From a bacterium (GTDB lineage: Bacteria > Electryoneota > JAOADG01), in NCBI GenBank assembly GCA_963681965.1, contig OY820579.1:3296001-3360000 (forward strand): a stretch of 64,000 nucleotides of DNA, given 5' to 3'. Position numbers and translations under genes: made by a program. Shown here piece by piece: positions 8,729 to 21,994 of this stretch; position 1 is the first letter of the stretch; each line of letters begins with the position of its first letter. A model generated the notes under the pieces. That model was not told where the DNA came from. It ran no database searches and worked only from the letters and a program-made list of their open reading frames with translations.

Positions 8729-10987
8729 TTACTCCTGTGGTATCAATGCCACAAATTTAGTTAAAATCGTTTTTGCACCAACTGATTTAAAATCAACAAC
8801 TACCTTAAAGCCGCCCTCGGCGGGGACGCAATTGATGATCTTTCCAATCCCAAAACTAGGGTGAAGTACTCGCTGACCCGGACGGTAACTTACGCTTCCT
8901 GAACCACTTGACGAAGTTTGTGACGGTTTTCCCGGAACCACTGGAGCTGAAACTGCCTTGATTGATACGAGTCGTGGCTGTCCCGTGATAGCTGACGTCT
9001 TCCGTAAACCGAACAAATCGCCATCCAATTCTTCCAGTGGAATCTCGTCGAAAAATCGCGACGGTTTCGTCCATTCCGTCCGTCCATAACGCGAGCGATA
9101 CGATACGCTGCTGAGCGCCAAACGCTTCCGCGCACGCGTCAAAGCAACATAACATAACCGCCGTTCCTCTTCCAAATCCTGCATCGCGCTGGCATCGTTT
9201 ATCAGTGGAAACAGACCGTCTTCCAATCCGGCAACGACCACTTGATCGAATTCCAACCCTTTTGCCGCATGAACTGTGAGCAATGCGACCACACTAGATT
9301 TGAGATCGACCTGATCGATATCGCTTACTAATGTTACGTTTTCCAGAAACGCATTAATGCCACTTTCCGGAAATTCACTACGGAATCGGTCGAAACTATC
9401 GAGCAACTCTTGCACGTTGCGAACCCGCTCCTCCCCCTCGTCTTCTTTGCGCAGATGATCGATGAATCCACAATTCTCAATCCAACTTCGAATCACTTTT
9501 TCCGGAGGAACCGAATCCTGAACTTGTGCCTGTCGCAACTTGATTTCGGAAACGAATGTATCCAACCCCTTCGCCCACCGACCGCTAAATTCCTGCTTGA
9601 CCGCTTCACTGCACGATGCGTCGAACAGTGACAGGTTCTTTTGATTAGCAAGTTCCTTTAACCTGTCCAGACTGGTTTTCCCGACTTTCCGCGGTGGCAT
9701 TTGCACTGCCCGTTCGAATGCCAAATCGTCGGGCGATCCCGCCTGAGTCTGAGTCAATTGCGTCAAATCAGTCACGGTAGTCTGTTCGACTTGCGCCAGC
9801 AGCCGGAAATATGCCAGTGCGTCCTTCACTTCCCGACGTTCGTAAAATCGCAACGAGCCGACAATCGAGTAGCGTAATCCACGCTTCACACACGCTTCTT
9901 CGAATTCACGCGATTGCGCGTTCGTCCGGTACAATACTGCCGCGGTTCCACCAGCTTCGGTGAGATCCAGCCAATTCAATGCACTGGTCGCCTCTTCCCG
10001 ACCATCTACGCTGCTCAGCAACCGGATCTTCTCACCTTCGGCAGATTGCGTCCACAGCACTTTCGGTTTACGCTGCTTGTTGTGTTCGATCAATTTATTC
10101 GCACTGCGAAGAATTCCCGGAATACTGCGATAATTCTGTTCCAAAAGAATCGTTTTCGCCGGATAAAAGTCTTTTTCGAATTCCAGAATGTTGCGAATAT
10201 CCGCTCCGCGCCAGCCATAGATCGCTTGATCGGTATCGCCAACCGCATAGACATTTTTTCGATTGCCCGCAAGAATGGTCAACAGCAGAAACTGAATTTT
10301 GTTCGTATCCTGATATTCATCGACATGAATGTATTGATACAAGCGCTGGTAGTAATTCCGCACCTGTTCCTGACTTGCCAGTAATTTGTATGCCTCGCAC
10401 AACAGATCGTCGAGATCCAGCGCATTCGCTTTGCGCAATCGGGCGATATATTCGTCGTATACCTGTTTGATGTATTTATTCTTCGGAAAGCTTTCCGTGA
10501 GACCTTCGGGGTCGCTGATTTCATTCTTCAAATTCGAAAATACATTCAGGTAATGACCCGGCGTCCAATCGGATTCCCAGCCCTTCTCTTTCGTCAGGTG
10601 TTTGATGATCGTTTCGCCATCGTTCCGATCGTAGATCGTGAAAAAGCGCGTGAATTTGCCCGATAGATCGCCGTACCTGCGCAAAATCTGAACACAGAAC
10701 CGGTGAAAAGTACACGCTTGTACTTCGCCATATTCCGGTCGAATCGATGGATTCTGTCCGACCAGCGCGTTGATCCGCTCGCGCAACTCACCTGCAGCTT
10801 TATTGGTAAAGGTGACTGCTAGAATTTCGTAAGGTTTCGCTTTATTCTCGGCAATCAAGCGTGCAATCCGAAACGCCACGGTACGCGTCTTACCGGAACC
10901 AGCGCCGGCAACCACCAACAGTGGTCCTTCGTTGTGCATTACAGCTTGTTTTTGAGGTTCGTTCAAACCGGATAAATCAATGACCAC
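8729..10987 (-). CDS. pcrA: ATP-dependent DNA helicase UvrD/PcrA
   Basis: AGAGSGKT, VDEYQD, EQNYRS, LYRTNAQSR, TVHAAKGLEF, EERRLCYVALTRA; start is a GTG estimate. Confidence 0.95.
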   Translation of the reverse strand: MVIDLSGLNEPQKQAVMHNEGPLLVVAGAGSGKTRTVAFRIARLIAENKAKPYEILAVTFTNKAAGELRERINALVGQNPSIRPEYGEVQACTFHRFCVQILRRYGDLSGKFTRFFTIYDRNDGETIIKHLTKEKGWESDWTPGHYLNVFSNLKNEISDPEGLTESFPKNKYIKQVYDEYIARLRKANALDLDDLLCEAYKLLASQEQVRNYYQRLYQYIHVDEYQDTNKIQFLLLTILAGNRKNVYAVGDTDQAIYGWRGADIRNILEFEKDFYPAKTILLEQNYRSIPGILRSANKLIEHNKQRKPKVLWTQSAEGEKIRLLSSVDGREEATSALNWLDLTEAGGTAAVLYRTNAQSREFEEACVKRGLRYSIVGSLRFYERREVKDALAYFRLLAQVEQTTVTDLTQLTQTQAGSPDDLAFERAVQMPPRKVGKTSLDRLKELANQKNLSLFDASCSEAVKQEFSGRWAKGLDTFVSEIKLRQAQVQDSVPPEKVIRSWIENCGFIDHLRKEDEGEERVRNVQELLDSFDRFRSEFPESGINAFLENVTLVSDIDQVDLKSSVVALLTVHAAKGLEFDQVVVAGLEDGLFPLINDASAMQDLEEERRLCYVALTRARKRLALSSVSYRSRYGRTEWTKPSRFFDEIPLEELDGDLFGLRKTSAITGQPRLVSIKAVSAPVVPGKPSQTSSSGSGSVSYRPGQRVLHPSFGIGKIINCVPAEGGFKVVVDFKSVGAKTILTKFVALIPQE

Positions 10988-12071
10988 GGGGAGTGTCTTT
11001 CTGAGGTACTGAGGCAGCTTTAGCACGTTTGAGCGAGTCGCGCTCGGCGATACGATGCAACGACAGCACTTTCCGCGCCGAGTCCAATACAACTTTCGAT
11101 TTCAAGTGACCCGACAAATTTTTGTTAAATGCGTGGCTGCCATCAGCCTGCGAAACAAAATAGAGATAATCCACATCGGCGGGATTGAATGCCGCCAAAA
11201 TTGCATTCTTTCCCGGATTGCAGATCGGTCCCGGTGGTAATCCGGTATACATGTAAGTATTGTAAGGCGAATCGACTTCGAGATCGCGAAATAGCAGACG
11301 ACGCGGTGGTCCCGGAAGAATATATTGAATTGTCGGATCGGCTTGCAGCAGCATCTTCTTTTTCAAACGATTCGTATACACTGCTGAAACGAGAGGTGCT
11401 TCGGATTTCTTCTGCACTTCAGCTTCGACAATCGATGCCAGCGTGATCATTTCGTGAAGCGTCATCCCTTTAGCTGCGGCAATGGAGTCCATGGAATCCG
11501 GCACTACTTCGCGAAACCGTGCCAACATTCGCTTCACCGCTTCGCGCGGCAAGACGCCCGGCAGCATCTGGTAAGTATCCGGAAACAGATACCCCTCTGC
11601 CGAACTGGCATTGATCCGAAATTGCGCGAGTAGCTGACGATCGTGTGCCGCCATCACAAATTCCAATGAGTCGACACCGATTTCCTTCAACGCCTCGGTG
11701 TACTGCGCAATCGTCAACCCTTCGCGAAAGCAGACTTCGCCACCCTCGCCACCCGGTTTTTCGAGGCGAAGCAAAACATCCAGCGGTGACATTCCTTTTT
11801 CGAACGGATACACACCCGGTTGAATCTTCGCATCGGCGGCGCGAATTTTTGCCAGAAATCGGAACATCAGTTCGCTTCGAACCAGTCCCAACCGCTTCAG
11901 ATCGCGCCCGACACGCTTCGCACTCATCCCCGGTTCGACGCGAAGGATCACTCGTTCCGGTGGATTTGGTGCTGGCGCAAACAGATAATATTGGCTGAAC
12001 GCGATTGCGATCATCACTAGCAGACCTAGCGAGACCCAAAATATTGCCCAGTGATGATGCGCTTTTGCCAT
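10977..12071 (-). CDS. mltG: endolytic transglycosylase MltG (YceG)
   Basis: N-terminal TM helix, EGYLFPDTY, LASIVEAE, LQADPT, SPYNTY, GLPPGPICNPG. Confidence 0.95.
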   Translation of the reverse strand: MAKAHHHWAIFWVSLGLLVMIAIAFSQYYLFAPAPNPPERVILRVEPGMSAKRVGRDLKRLGLVRSELMFRFLAKIRAADAKIQPGVYPFEKGMSPLDVLLRLEKPGGEGGEVCFREGLTIAQYTEALKEIGVDSLEFVMAAHDRQLLAQFRINASSAEGYLFPDTYQMLPGVLPREAVKRMLARFREVVPDSMDSIAAAKGMTLHEMITLASIVEAEVQKKSEAPLVSAVYTNRLKKKMLLQADPTIQYILPGPPRRLLFRDLEVDSPYNTYMYTGLPPGPICNPGKNAILAAFNPADVDYLYFVSQADGSHAFNKNLSGHLKSKVVLDSARKVLSLHRIAERDSLKRAKAASVPQKDTPRGH

Positions 12072-12073
12072 AG

Positions 12074-12811
12074 TTATTTCGATGAATCGAGTTTCTTAAT
12101 TGACGTTAACGATTTAAGTTCCAATTCGGTCAATGGACGCAACGCTCCCGCCTTCAAATTACCCAACGTTACTTTTCCTACTCGCACCCGGATCAACCGA
12201 TGCACCGAATTGTGTACGGCGTGAATCAGTCGCCGTATTTCCCGCTTTCGCCCTTCGTGCAGGATAATACTAACCTTGTTTGCAGAGATCCTGTCCACGC
12301 GATCCGGTCGACACCATCCATCTTCTAGCAGGATGCCGTCGTCAATGGCATACAGCATCCGGTCGGTGAAAGGAATTTTCGTCTCGACCAAATACTCTTT
12401 TTCCAATTCGAACCGGGGATGAGTGATCGCATAAATCAATTCGCCATCATTGCTGACGATCAGCAGCCCTTCACTATCGGTATCCAGTCGTCCTGCCGGT
12501 TTCAAGTGCATTTCCGGTGGCAATAAATCGGATATCGGTAACCCCTGCTCACGTCCAATTTTCAACGAACTAACGTAACCACGGGGCTTATGGAAAGCAA
12601 ATGTAAAATTGCCCGTCGTAAGTTGAATCCGTTGATTATCGAACAGAATCACCGAGTGTTCCGGATCGACCCGATCACCAACCGTACCGATCCGTCCATC
12701 GACCTTGATCCGTTGTTGATCGATCAGCTCATCGGCTTTTCGACGCGAACACCCCGTCGCACTGGCGATGAATTTATTTAGTCGTTGCAAGCTGTCAGGA
12801 TCGTCACTCAA
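12074..12811 (-). CDS. RsuA/RluB-family rRNA pseudouridine synthase with S4 domain
   Basis: RLNKFIA..SRRKADELI, HKPRG, AGRLDTDSEGLL, EGRKREIRR. Confidence 0.92.
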   Translation of the reverse strand: MSDDPDSLQRLNKFIASATGCSRRKADELIDQQRIKVDGRIGTVGDRVDPEHSVILFDNQRIQLTTGNFTFAFHKPRGYVSSLKIGREQGLPISDLLPPEMHLKPAGRLDTDSEGLLIVSNDGELIYAITHPRFELEKEYLVETKIPFTDRMLYAIDDGILLEDGWCRPDRVDRISANKVSIILHEGRKREIRRLIHAVHNSVHRLIRVRVGKVTLGNLKAGALRPLTELELKSLTSIKKLDSSK

Positions 12812-12845
12812 TTCATTTCCTTCAATTTGCTTCTTAACATCCCAA

Positions 12846-13075
12846 GTAGGGGCGGGTCCCTGCGCCCGCCCGCTCTGGTATCATTTTATTATCTTGTATC
12901 CTGTAGTAGGGGCGGACCCCCGTGTCCGCCCGTTCTTGTATTTTTTATCTTTTGTAGCCGCAGGCTTTAGACTGCGTTCTTGTATCTTTTCTCTTTTTAA
13001 TCGATAAAGATGAAAAAAAGAGTACAAGTTGCCCAATCGGAGTTGGGCAGTACTGCCGATCTCCGAATCGGCTCT
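12846..13075. repeat. REP-like hairpin mosaic
   Basis: GTAGGGGCGGGTCCCTGCGCCCGCCC, GTAGGGGCGGACCCCCGTGTCCGCCC, GTAGCCGCAGGCTTTAGACTGCG, GCCCAATCGGAGTTGGGC, GCCGATCTCCGAATCGGC. Confidence 0.9.
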
Positions 13076-13222
13076 TTTGTCTTTTTTTTATCGACTCAAT
13101 TATCGGCATAAATTCAATCGAAATGATGCCGTATCGAAATTCGGCAGTACGGTGCGATTAATAAAATCCCAAGACATCGGATGGACGAGCAGTCAGTTCA
13201 GAGGAGATAAATACAAGTTCTA

Positions 13223-14521
13223 TTAATCGAAAACCAATACTTTACCGTAGCGTTTTCGAAAATCGGCAACATTCGTTTGTTCCAATAATCGCAGTCGCGG
13301 TTTGACTTGTGCAAAGATGCGTTCGAACCGGATTTCGATCGGTGTTACGTTTCCAGCACTGAAACTGGCATCGATTTCGGCAGACAAATTGTCATAAATA
13401 ATCGCAATGTGGTTGTCTCCTTCGGGAAAATGATTCCAAAGGAGAACTGAATTCTCCGAATTCGAACCGTTAAAGAAGGAATGTCCATTGACTTCAATGC
13501 GAATCTTACCGACTTCCAGTGCTTCCGTACCTTTGGCTGCAACCAGCGCAAACGCGGCATTCCCGCCGACTTTTTCGAATGTTGCTGAAATCGTTGCAGT
13601 TTCGCCCCGTCGAATAGTAAACGGAATCCCTTTAGGTGTGGTATAACCGGAAAGCGGTGCGAATTCAGCGAGATAACTTCCCGCTTTAAATTCAATCGTG
13701 ATCGGTGTCGGTCCAAATCGGCGACCTTCGACAATGACCGTTTGACCTACCGGAAGCGTATTCAATTGAATAAAGCCAGTCGACACTTCCGCTTGCTTCG
13801 AAACCATCTCAAAATACGCCGCACTAAGCCCGACATCCGGGTCGACCGTAACGGTAATCTGCGAAGGAATGGACAGGAAGCCTTCCTTCGCGATGGTCAC
13901 GAGATATTGTCCCGGTTGAAGTCCTTCTAACATTGTCGGTACTTGCTTCCCCGTCGCGATGCCGTTGACTGTGATATCGCCGCCGGCTAAGTTCGAGGTG
14001 ATTTGAATCGTACCCAATCGTTTGGATACCGGAATCGAAGAGGGGCGTGTATTCGAATTGGGAAAAACTGAGTGATCCGATCGGTTGCCCGACGGGACAT
14101 ACTTCTGCACTCTGGCAGTATCGGGCGCGAGCGGCTGACTTAAACTTTTCTCTGCTGACATGATCGAATCTTGAGGTTTCGGAGTAGCAGTAAATATGAC
14201 TTCGGTAACTTTCTTCGATTCCACATTGATGCTGATAACTTGCGGATCGACATTCCACCGGTCGGTAGAAAGAGCGATCCGCCGGATGCCGACTTTCACA
14301 TTCGAAATCAATGTGTCGGTCCGATACATCGTCAGCGAACCATCGATCAAGATCGGAATACCGGGCGGAGTAGAGCGAATACGCAGACTACCAGGTGCAT
14401 CTTCTCGCTGTGCCACAACCATGAAATAATAGACTAAAAAGATGGCAACCAGTACGGGAATAACTGAACCTAGTAATCTGCCTACGGTATCTTTAATTAG
14501 TGCGTATTCGCGTTCATTCAT
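13223..14521 (-). CDS. PEGA-domain membrane-anchored protein
   Basis: TM helix then three PEGA-like repeats (GSLRIRSTPPG..IDG; GTIQITSN..LQPGQYLVTIAKEGF; GFIQLNTLP..GPTPI). Confidence 0.8.
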   Translation of the reverse strand: MNEREYALIKDTVGRLLGSVIPVLVAIFLVYYFMVVAQREDAPGSLRIRSTPPGIPILIDGSLTMYRTDTLISNVKVGIRRIALSTDRWNVDPQVISINVESKKVTEVIFTATPKPQDSIMSAEKSLSQPLAPDTARVQKYVPSGNRSDHSVFPNSNTRPSSIPVSKRLGTIQITSNLAGGDITVNGIATGKQVPTMLEGLQPGQYLVTIAKEGFLSIPSQITVTVDPDVGLSAAYFEMVSKQAEVSTGFIQLNTLPVGQTVIVEGRRFGPTPITIEFKAGSYLAEFAPLSGYTTPKGIPFTIRRGETATISATFEKVGGNAAFALVAAKGTEALEVGKIRIEVNGHSFFNGSNSENSVLLWNHFPEGDNHIAIIYDNLSAEIDASFSAGNVTPIEIRFERIFAQVKPRLRLLEQTNVADFRKRYGKVLVFD

Positions 14522-14540
14522 TCCTACTCACACTTCCCAA

Positions 14541-15311
14541 TTACTTATTGGCATTCGGACCGGTATTGATCAAACCACGAAACATCTCGATCGGAATCGG
14601 GAAAATAATCGTTGAACTGTTTTCGGCGGAAATCTCCGTCAACGTCTGTAAATATCGAAGTTGCAATGCAGTGGAATCGACCGAAATTACTTTGGCGGCT
14701 TCGGCAAGTTTCGCGGAAGCTTGGAATTCACCATCGGCACTGATCACCTTCGCTCGACGGATACGTTCCGCTTCGGCTTGCGCCGACATCGCCCGCTTCA
14801 TGTCGACCGGCAAATCGACTTGCTTGATTTCAACGGATGAAACCTTGATCCCCCAAGGTCCCGTGTGCCGATCGATGATTTCCTGTAACTGCAGATTGAT
14901 CTTATCGCGTTCCGAAAGCAAATCATCGAGTTCCAATTGACCTAGTACCGATCGCAAAGTCGTCTGACTGAATTGGCTCGTGGAATACAGGTAGTTTTGA
15001 ACTTCGGTGATTGCCATGCGCGGATCGATCACCCGGAAGAAAATCACTGCGGAAACTTGAACCGATACGTTGTCTTTAGTAATAATGTCCTGTGGCGGAA
15101 CATCCAGCGTAACGACGCGAAGATCCACTTTTACCATCTGATCGATAATCGGGATCAAGATGATCAGTCCGGGACCTTTCAAACCGATAATCCGACCTAA
15201 GCGAAAAATCACACCGCGTTCATATTCTTTCAGGATGCGAATCATGTTGGCAATGAGAATTATGCCAAACACGATGACGATTGTACCGATTACGCCAAAT
15301 GCTTCAAACAT
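14541..15311 (-). CDS. SPFH/stomatin (slipin) family protein
   Basis: [55 protein letters not shown]. Confidence 0.95.
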   Translation of the reverse strand: MFEAFGVIGTIVIVFGIILIANMIRILKEYERGVIFRLGRIIGLKGPGLIILIPIIDQMVKVDLRVVTLDVPPQDIITKDNVSVQVSAVIFFRVIDPRMAITEVQNYLYSTSQFSQTTLRSVLGQLELDDLLSERDKINLQLQEIIDRHTGPWGIKVSSVEIKQVDLPVDMKRAMSAQAEAERIRRAKVISADGEFQASAKLAEAAKVISVDSTALQLRYLQTLTEISAENSSTIIFPIPIEMFRGLINTGPNANK

Positions 15312-15453
15312 ATTTCCTCCATACCCGGATAGATCTAAGATATATCGTCGATAGGGGCGTAGTTACTACACCCCTATCAATATACTATAGCAATGTTTGA
15401 AATCCGATAAAACTTACTCGGAAGTAATATTACCACCTGCGAACAATCGGTCG

Positions 15454-16797
15454 TCAGCCTTTTAGCACGGCTTTCGCTGCTGAAACGTAATCGTCGAGTT
15501 CCGATTTCATTCGCAATTCGGTCACGGCAACGCCAATTTTACCTTCCATGCTCGGGTCGTACAATCCCAGATGGACACCACCCAGAATGCCCTTCGCCAG
15601 CATTCGTTCGAGGAAGATATCGGCGCCGATCGAGGGTTCGATCACAAATTCATTGAAGAATGCACCGTTATACACCGGTTTCAAGTCGATCTTCGATAAT
15701 TCGTCGGCTAAGTACAACGCCTTCTGATGACTCAGTTTTGCGACTTTCTTTACCCCTTCTTTACCTAACATGGCTAGATTGAAGAGGGTTGCCAACATCA
15801 TCAGACCTTGATTCGTGCAAATATTCGAGGTCGCTTTTTCGCGACGGATGTGCTGTTCGCGCGTCTGCAACGTCAGTACGAAACCGCGCTGTCCGCGATC
15901 GTCTTGCGTCACACCGGCGACTCGACCCGGCATCAACCGAACGTAATCCTTCTTGCAGGTGAAGATACCGACATACGGACCACCGCCATTGAGACCCGGA
16001 CCGAAACACTGACCTTCGCCCACGACGATATCCGCGCCGTAATCGCCCGGAGCTTTCAGTAATCCCAATGAAACCGGATAGACCGAAACGATTGTCGGAA
16101 TATTGCGTTTCTTCGCCACTGCAATAAGTTCTGCGGCATCTTCCAACTGACCGACAAAGTTCGGGTGCTGAATCACCAAACAGGCGGTATCGTCGGTTAA
16201 TGCGGCTTCCACGTCGGCAACGGACGTACGTCCATTCGTCAGCGGAACGTGAATCATCGCCGGCGCGGTCGGACCGATAATCGTTTTTACCACGGTTCGA
16301 TACAGCGGATTCACGCCATCGACCATGACCACGCGATCCTTCTTGGTGAAGGCACGCAACAACTGAACGGCTTCGGCAATCGCCGTGCCGCCATCGTACA
16401 ATGACGCATTCGAGATCGGTAGTCCGGTCAACCGGGTCATTAACGATTGAAATTCGTAAATACACTGCAACGTACCTTGCGATACTTCCGGCTGGTACGG
16501 GGTGTAGGCTGTGTAAAACTCCGAACGCAGCAGCAACGGATTCACCGCAGCGGCTACGAAATGTTCGTAACTACCCATGCCGGCGAAACAGACAGCCTGA
16601 TCGCTGACTTGGTTTTTACCGGATAGTTGACGGAAAAATTTCCGGACTTCGAACTCCGACCATGCATTCGGTAGATCGAGTTCGCCTTTGATGCGTAAGT
16701 TTTCCGGAATATTCGTAAAGAGATCGTCGATCGAAGCTACGCCGATGGCAGATAACATCTTGGCGCGATCTTCGGCGGTATGCGGTACATAGGACAT
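15454..16797 (-). CDS. gcvPA: glycine dehydrogenase (decarboxylating) subunit 1
   Basis: RSEFYTAYTPYQPEVSQG, NASLYDG, LQTREQHIRREKATSNICTNQ. Confidence 0.96.
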   Translation of the reverse strand: MSYVPHTAEDRAKMLSAIGVASIDDLFTNIPENLRIKGELDLPNAWSEFEVRKFFRQLSGKNQVSDQAVCFAGMGSYEHFVAAAVNPLLLRSEFYTAYTPYQPEVSQGTLQCIYEFQSLMTRLTGLPISNASLYDGGTAIAEAVQLLRAFTKKDRVVMVDGVNPLYRTVVKTIIGPTAPAMIHVPLTNGRTSVADVEAALTDDTACLVIQHPNFVGQLEDAAELIAVAKKRNIPTIVSVYPVSLGLLKAPGDYGADIVVGEGQCFGPGLNGGGPYVGIFTCKKDYVRLMPGRVAGVTQDDRGQRGFVLTLQTREQHIRREKATSNICTNQGLMMLATLFNLAMLGKEGVKKVAKLSHQKALYLADELSKIDLKPVYNGAFFNEFVIEPSIGADIFLERMLAKGILGGVHLGLYDPSMEGKIGVAVTELRMKSELDDYVSAAKAVLKG

Positions 16798-16859
16798 GAT
16801 CTTATGCCTTTACTTGATGGAAATGTGGGGTGATGAGTTCACCCCACCCGGGGAAATGG

Positions 16860-17237
16860 TTAGTGTAGCGTCGCTGCGTAAGCGTCGGGATCGAGCAAAC
16901 CGCTTAATTGACCCAAATCGGTTGCTTCAATTTTTACGATCCAGCCGTCGCCATAGCAATCGGAGTTGATCTTTTGCGGATCCGCATCGAGGGCACTGTT
17001 CACCGCGACAACTTTTCCATCCAGAGGAGAATAGAGATCGGCTACGGTTTTCACCGCTTCAATCGTGACCAAACCGCCACCCTTGACGGCGGTGGCGCCA
17101 TCTGCCGGAAGCTGCAGGAAAACGATATCGCCAAGTTCCGATTGAGCGAAATCGGTTAAACCGACCGTTACAATTTTACCTTCAATCTTGCACCATTCGT
17201 GCGTGGGCGTGTATTTCAAATCTTTCGGGATATTCAC
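16860..17237 (-). CDS. gcvH: glycine cleavage system H protein
   Basis: LKYTPTHEW, GLTDFAQSELGDIVF, EAVK lipoyl-lysine motif. Confidence 0.96.
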   Translation of the reverse strand: MNIPKDLKYTPTHEWCKIEGKIVTVGLTDFAQSELGDIVFLQLPADGATAVKGGGLVTIEAVKTVADLYSPLDGKVVAVNSALDADPQKINSDCYGDGWIVKIEATDLGQLSGLLDPDAYAATLH

Positions 17238-17272
17238 AGTAGTCTCCTACAAATTGCGATCAATCGCACTGT

Positions 17273-18628
17273 TCAAATGAGAGAATGCGTTTCGAGATAA
17301 TCGGTATTGTAATTTCCCGAAACGAAATCTGGTTCGTGTAAAATCTTCCAAAACAACGGTATTGTGGTCTTAGGTCCTTCAATTACCGTCTCTTCCAATG
17401 CGCGCCGCATCCGGGCGATTGCTTCCGCCCGATCGGCGCCAAATACGATCAATTTGCCAATCATGCTGTCGTAATGTGCCGGGATCTGATACCCTTCATA
17501 CGCACAGCTATCGATACGGATCCCCGGTCCACCGGGAAAATGCAAGGCAGTAATGCGATTCGGCGAGGGCATGAAGTTTTTCTTCGGATCTTCGGCATTG
17601 ATCCGAACTTCGATACAATGTCCCCGCAGAAATACTTGAGATTGCGTCTTGTTTAATTTCTGTCCGTCGGCAATCTGTATCTGCATCTTCGCCAAATCGA
17701 TCCGGCTGATCTGTTCGGTGATCGGATGTTCCACCTGAATTCGCGTATTCATCTCGATGCAATACACATTCCCGTCTTTATCATACAGGAATTCGATCGT
17801 ACCGAGTGAATCGTAATTCACGAATTTCGCACCCTGAACGGCATATTCACCCAGTCGCGCCCGCAATTCTTCCGATACCACTGCCGACGGTGCTTCTTCC
17901 ATCAGCTTCTGGTGACGTCGTTGAATCGAACATTCGCGTTCACCTAAGTGAATGCAATTGCCATATTTATCGGCTGCGATTTGGACTTCGATATGCCGCG
18001 GATTGACGATCAGCTTTTCAAGATACAATGAGCTGTCACCGAATGCCGATTCTGCTTCAGCCGAGGCAATCCCGAAAATCGCTGCCATCGATTCCGCATT
18101 CTTGACAATCCGCATCCCCCTGCCGCCACCACCGGATACCGCTTTTAAAATCACTGGATAACCGATTTCGGCGGCAATCCGAACGGCATCGATGGCGTTC
18201 GTCACCACCCCGTCGGATCCGGGAATCACCGGTACGCCAGCCGCTTTCATCGTGGCTTTAGCAACGGCTTTGTCACCCATCATTCGAATCGATTCGGGAC
18301 GAGGTCCGACCCAAACATAGCCATTGGCTACAACTTGGTCGGCAAAGCTCGCATTTTCCGAGAGAAAACCGTAGCCGGGATGTATTGCATCGGCGCCGGA
18401 AAGCTCTGCTGCGGCAAATAAGCGGGTGGTGTTGAGATAACTTTGACCGGAAGGCGGAGGTCCAATACAGATGGCTTCATCGGCAAAACGGACATGTAAC
18501 GAATCGCGATCCGCGGTGGAATAAACGGCTACAGTTTTCACGCCCAACTCTTTACAGGCGCGAATGATTCGTAACGCAATCTCACCGCGGTTCGCGATTA
18601 ACAGCTTTTTAATCCGGCGATCAGACAC
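17273..18628 (-). CDS. accC: acetyl-CoA carboxylase biotin carboxylase
   Basis: [48 protein letters not shown]; GTG start overlaps the accB stop. Confidence 0.95.
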   Translation of the reverse strand: MSDRRIKKLLIANRGEIALRIIRACKELGVKTVAVYSTADRDSLHVRFADEAICIGPPPSGQSYLNTTRLFAAAELSGADAIHPGYGFLSENASFADQVVANGYVWVGPRPESIRMMGDKAVAKATMKAAGVPVIPGSDGVVTNAIDAVRIAAEIGYPVILKAVSGGGGRGMRIVKNAESMAAIFGIASAEAESAFGDSSLYLEKLIVNPRHIEVQIAADKYGNCIHLGERECSIQRRHQKLMEEAPSAVVSEELRARLGEYAVQGAKFVNYDSLGTIEFLYDKDGNVYCIEMNTRIQVEHPITEQISRIDLAKMQIQIADGQKLNKTQSQVFLRGHCIEVRINAEDPKKNFMPSPNRITALHFPGGPGIRIDSCAYEGYQIPAHYDSMIGKLIVFGADRAEAIARMRRALEETVIEGPKTTIPLFWKILHEPDFVSGNYNTDYLETHSLI

Positions 18629-19163
18629 TCGGTTCAATCCGGAATAACACTGAGCCAAATTCTACAGGTTGTGCATTCTTGGCGCAAATTTCCACTACTC
18701 GACCGGTCACTTCCGCTTCGATTTCGTTCATCAATTTCATCGCTTCGATAATGCAAAGCGTCTGACCTTCCTTGATAAACATTCCATCGCGGACATAGGC
18801 ATCGGCATCCGGTGACGGCGAAGCATAGAAGGTTCCGACCATCGGACTGGTCACTTCGACCAGTTTTCGATTGGAAACGGGCGCTTCGGCTTTCATCTCG
18901 ACTGGCGCAGCAGCCGGAGCGGCTTGCGGTGCGGGAAGATAGGTGGGCATTCCACCAGCGACGGCATCGGGACCGTTTTTGCTCAAAAAGATCCGGGCAT
19001 CCCCGGTTTCAATTTCGAGTTCGGTAAGTTTCGACTTTTCCAATAACGCGACTAAACTTTCGACGGTTGCTAAATCGAGCGTTAATAAGGTCGGACCGAT
19101 GGGTTCGGGAAACGGTTCCGGCTTCGACGCAGATCGTTTTGCATCAACTGTCTTTTTCGGCAT
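18621..19163 (-). CDS. accB: acetyl-CoA carboxylase biotin carboxyl carrier protein
   Basis: [19 protein letters not shown] biotinylation motif. Confidence 0.95.
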   Translation of the reverse strand: MPKKTVDAKRSASKPEPFPEPIGPTLLTLDLATVESLVALLEKSKLTELEIETGDARIFLSKNGPDAVAGGMPTYLPAPQAAPAAAPVEMKAEAPVSNRKLVEVTSPMVGTFYASPSPDADAYVRDGMFIKEGQTLCIIEAMKLMNEIEAEVTGRVVEICAKNAQPVEFGSVLFRIEPSV

Positions 19164-19168
19164 GGTAG

Positions 19169-19735
19169 CTACTCCTTTACTCGTTCCATGTAGGCATGGG
19201 TACGAGTGTCGACGCGAATTTTCTCGCCCTGTTCCACGAACAGAGGTACTTGAACTGTTGCGCCAGTTTCTAACTTAGCCGGTTTCGTTGCGCCACCTTG
19301 AGCGGTATCGCCACGGACACCCGGTTCGGTTTGGACTATGGTATATACTATGAAATATGGCAATGACATGCTTAACGGAGCTTCACCGCGGAAGAGAATA
19401 TCCACGACTTCGCCCTCTTTCAAAAAAAGCACGTCGTCGGCAATTTGCTTGCGTTCGAGGTGTATCTGTTCGAACGTTTCCTGATCCATAAACAAGTACA
19501 GATCGTCTTCGGCATACAAATACTGCATCTTTCGCGCTTCCAATCGAACGATGTCGATACTTTCACCGCTGCGATAGGTCTGCTCGATTACGCGTCCGGT
19601 CAATACGTTCTTCAATTTGGTCCGGACAAATGCACCACCCTTGCCGGGTTTCACATGTTGAAACTCGACAACTTGATACAACTCGTTCTTAAACTCAATG
19701 TTTAATCCATTGCGGAGATCCGCTGTACTTGCCAT
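19169..19735 (-). CDS. efp: elongation factor P
   Basis: HVKPGKGGAFVRTKLKN, PGVRGDT, KPAKLETGA. Confidence 0.97.
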   Translation of the reverse strand: MASTADLRNGLNIEFKNELYQVVEFQHVKPGKGGAFVRTKLKNVLTGRVIEQTYRSGESIDIVRLEARKMQYLYAEDDLYLFMDQETFEQIHLERKQIADDVLFLKEGEVVDILFRGEAPLSMSLPYFIVYTIVQTEPGVRGDTAQGGATKPAKLETGATVQVPLFVEQGEKIRVDTRTHAYMERVKE

Positions 19736-19855
19736 AAACCTTATGTCTCCTGACAGCAATCGAAAATGATTGCACATTATTAAGTTACGATCTCAGGGAT
19801 AAGATCGCTATTCTCTATCAACCAAAAGCTTGGGCTCCTGGTCAATTTCCTAAAA

Positions 19856-21952
<2,097 letters not shown>

Positions 21953-21967
21953 TCATAAAGAAGGTAG

Positions 21968-21994
21968 ACCCAGAAGATCGTTCTTTTGAAGTAG
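21968..21994 (+). pseudogene. orphan last 8 codons plus stop of a T9SS-CTD paralog (TQKIVLLK*)
   Basis: ACC CAG AAG ATC GTT CTT TTG AAG TAG is 25/27 identical to 24109-24135 and is followed by the same 19-bp hairpin. Confidence 0.75.

Noticed and set aside
15454-17237. Incomplete glycine cleavage cluster (no gcvT or gcvPB)
   Set aside because: Split gcv loci are common, and the missing genes may lie outside the window
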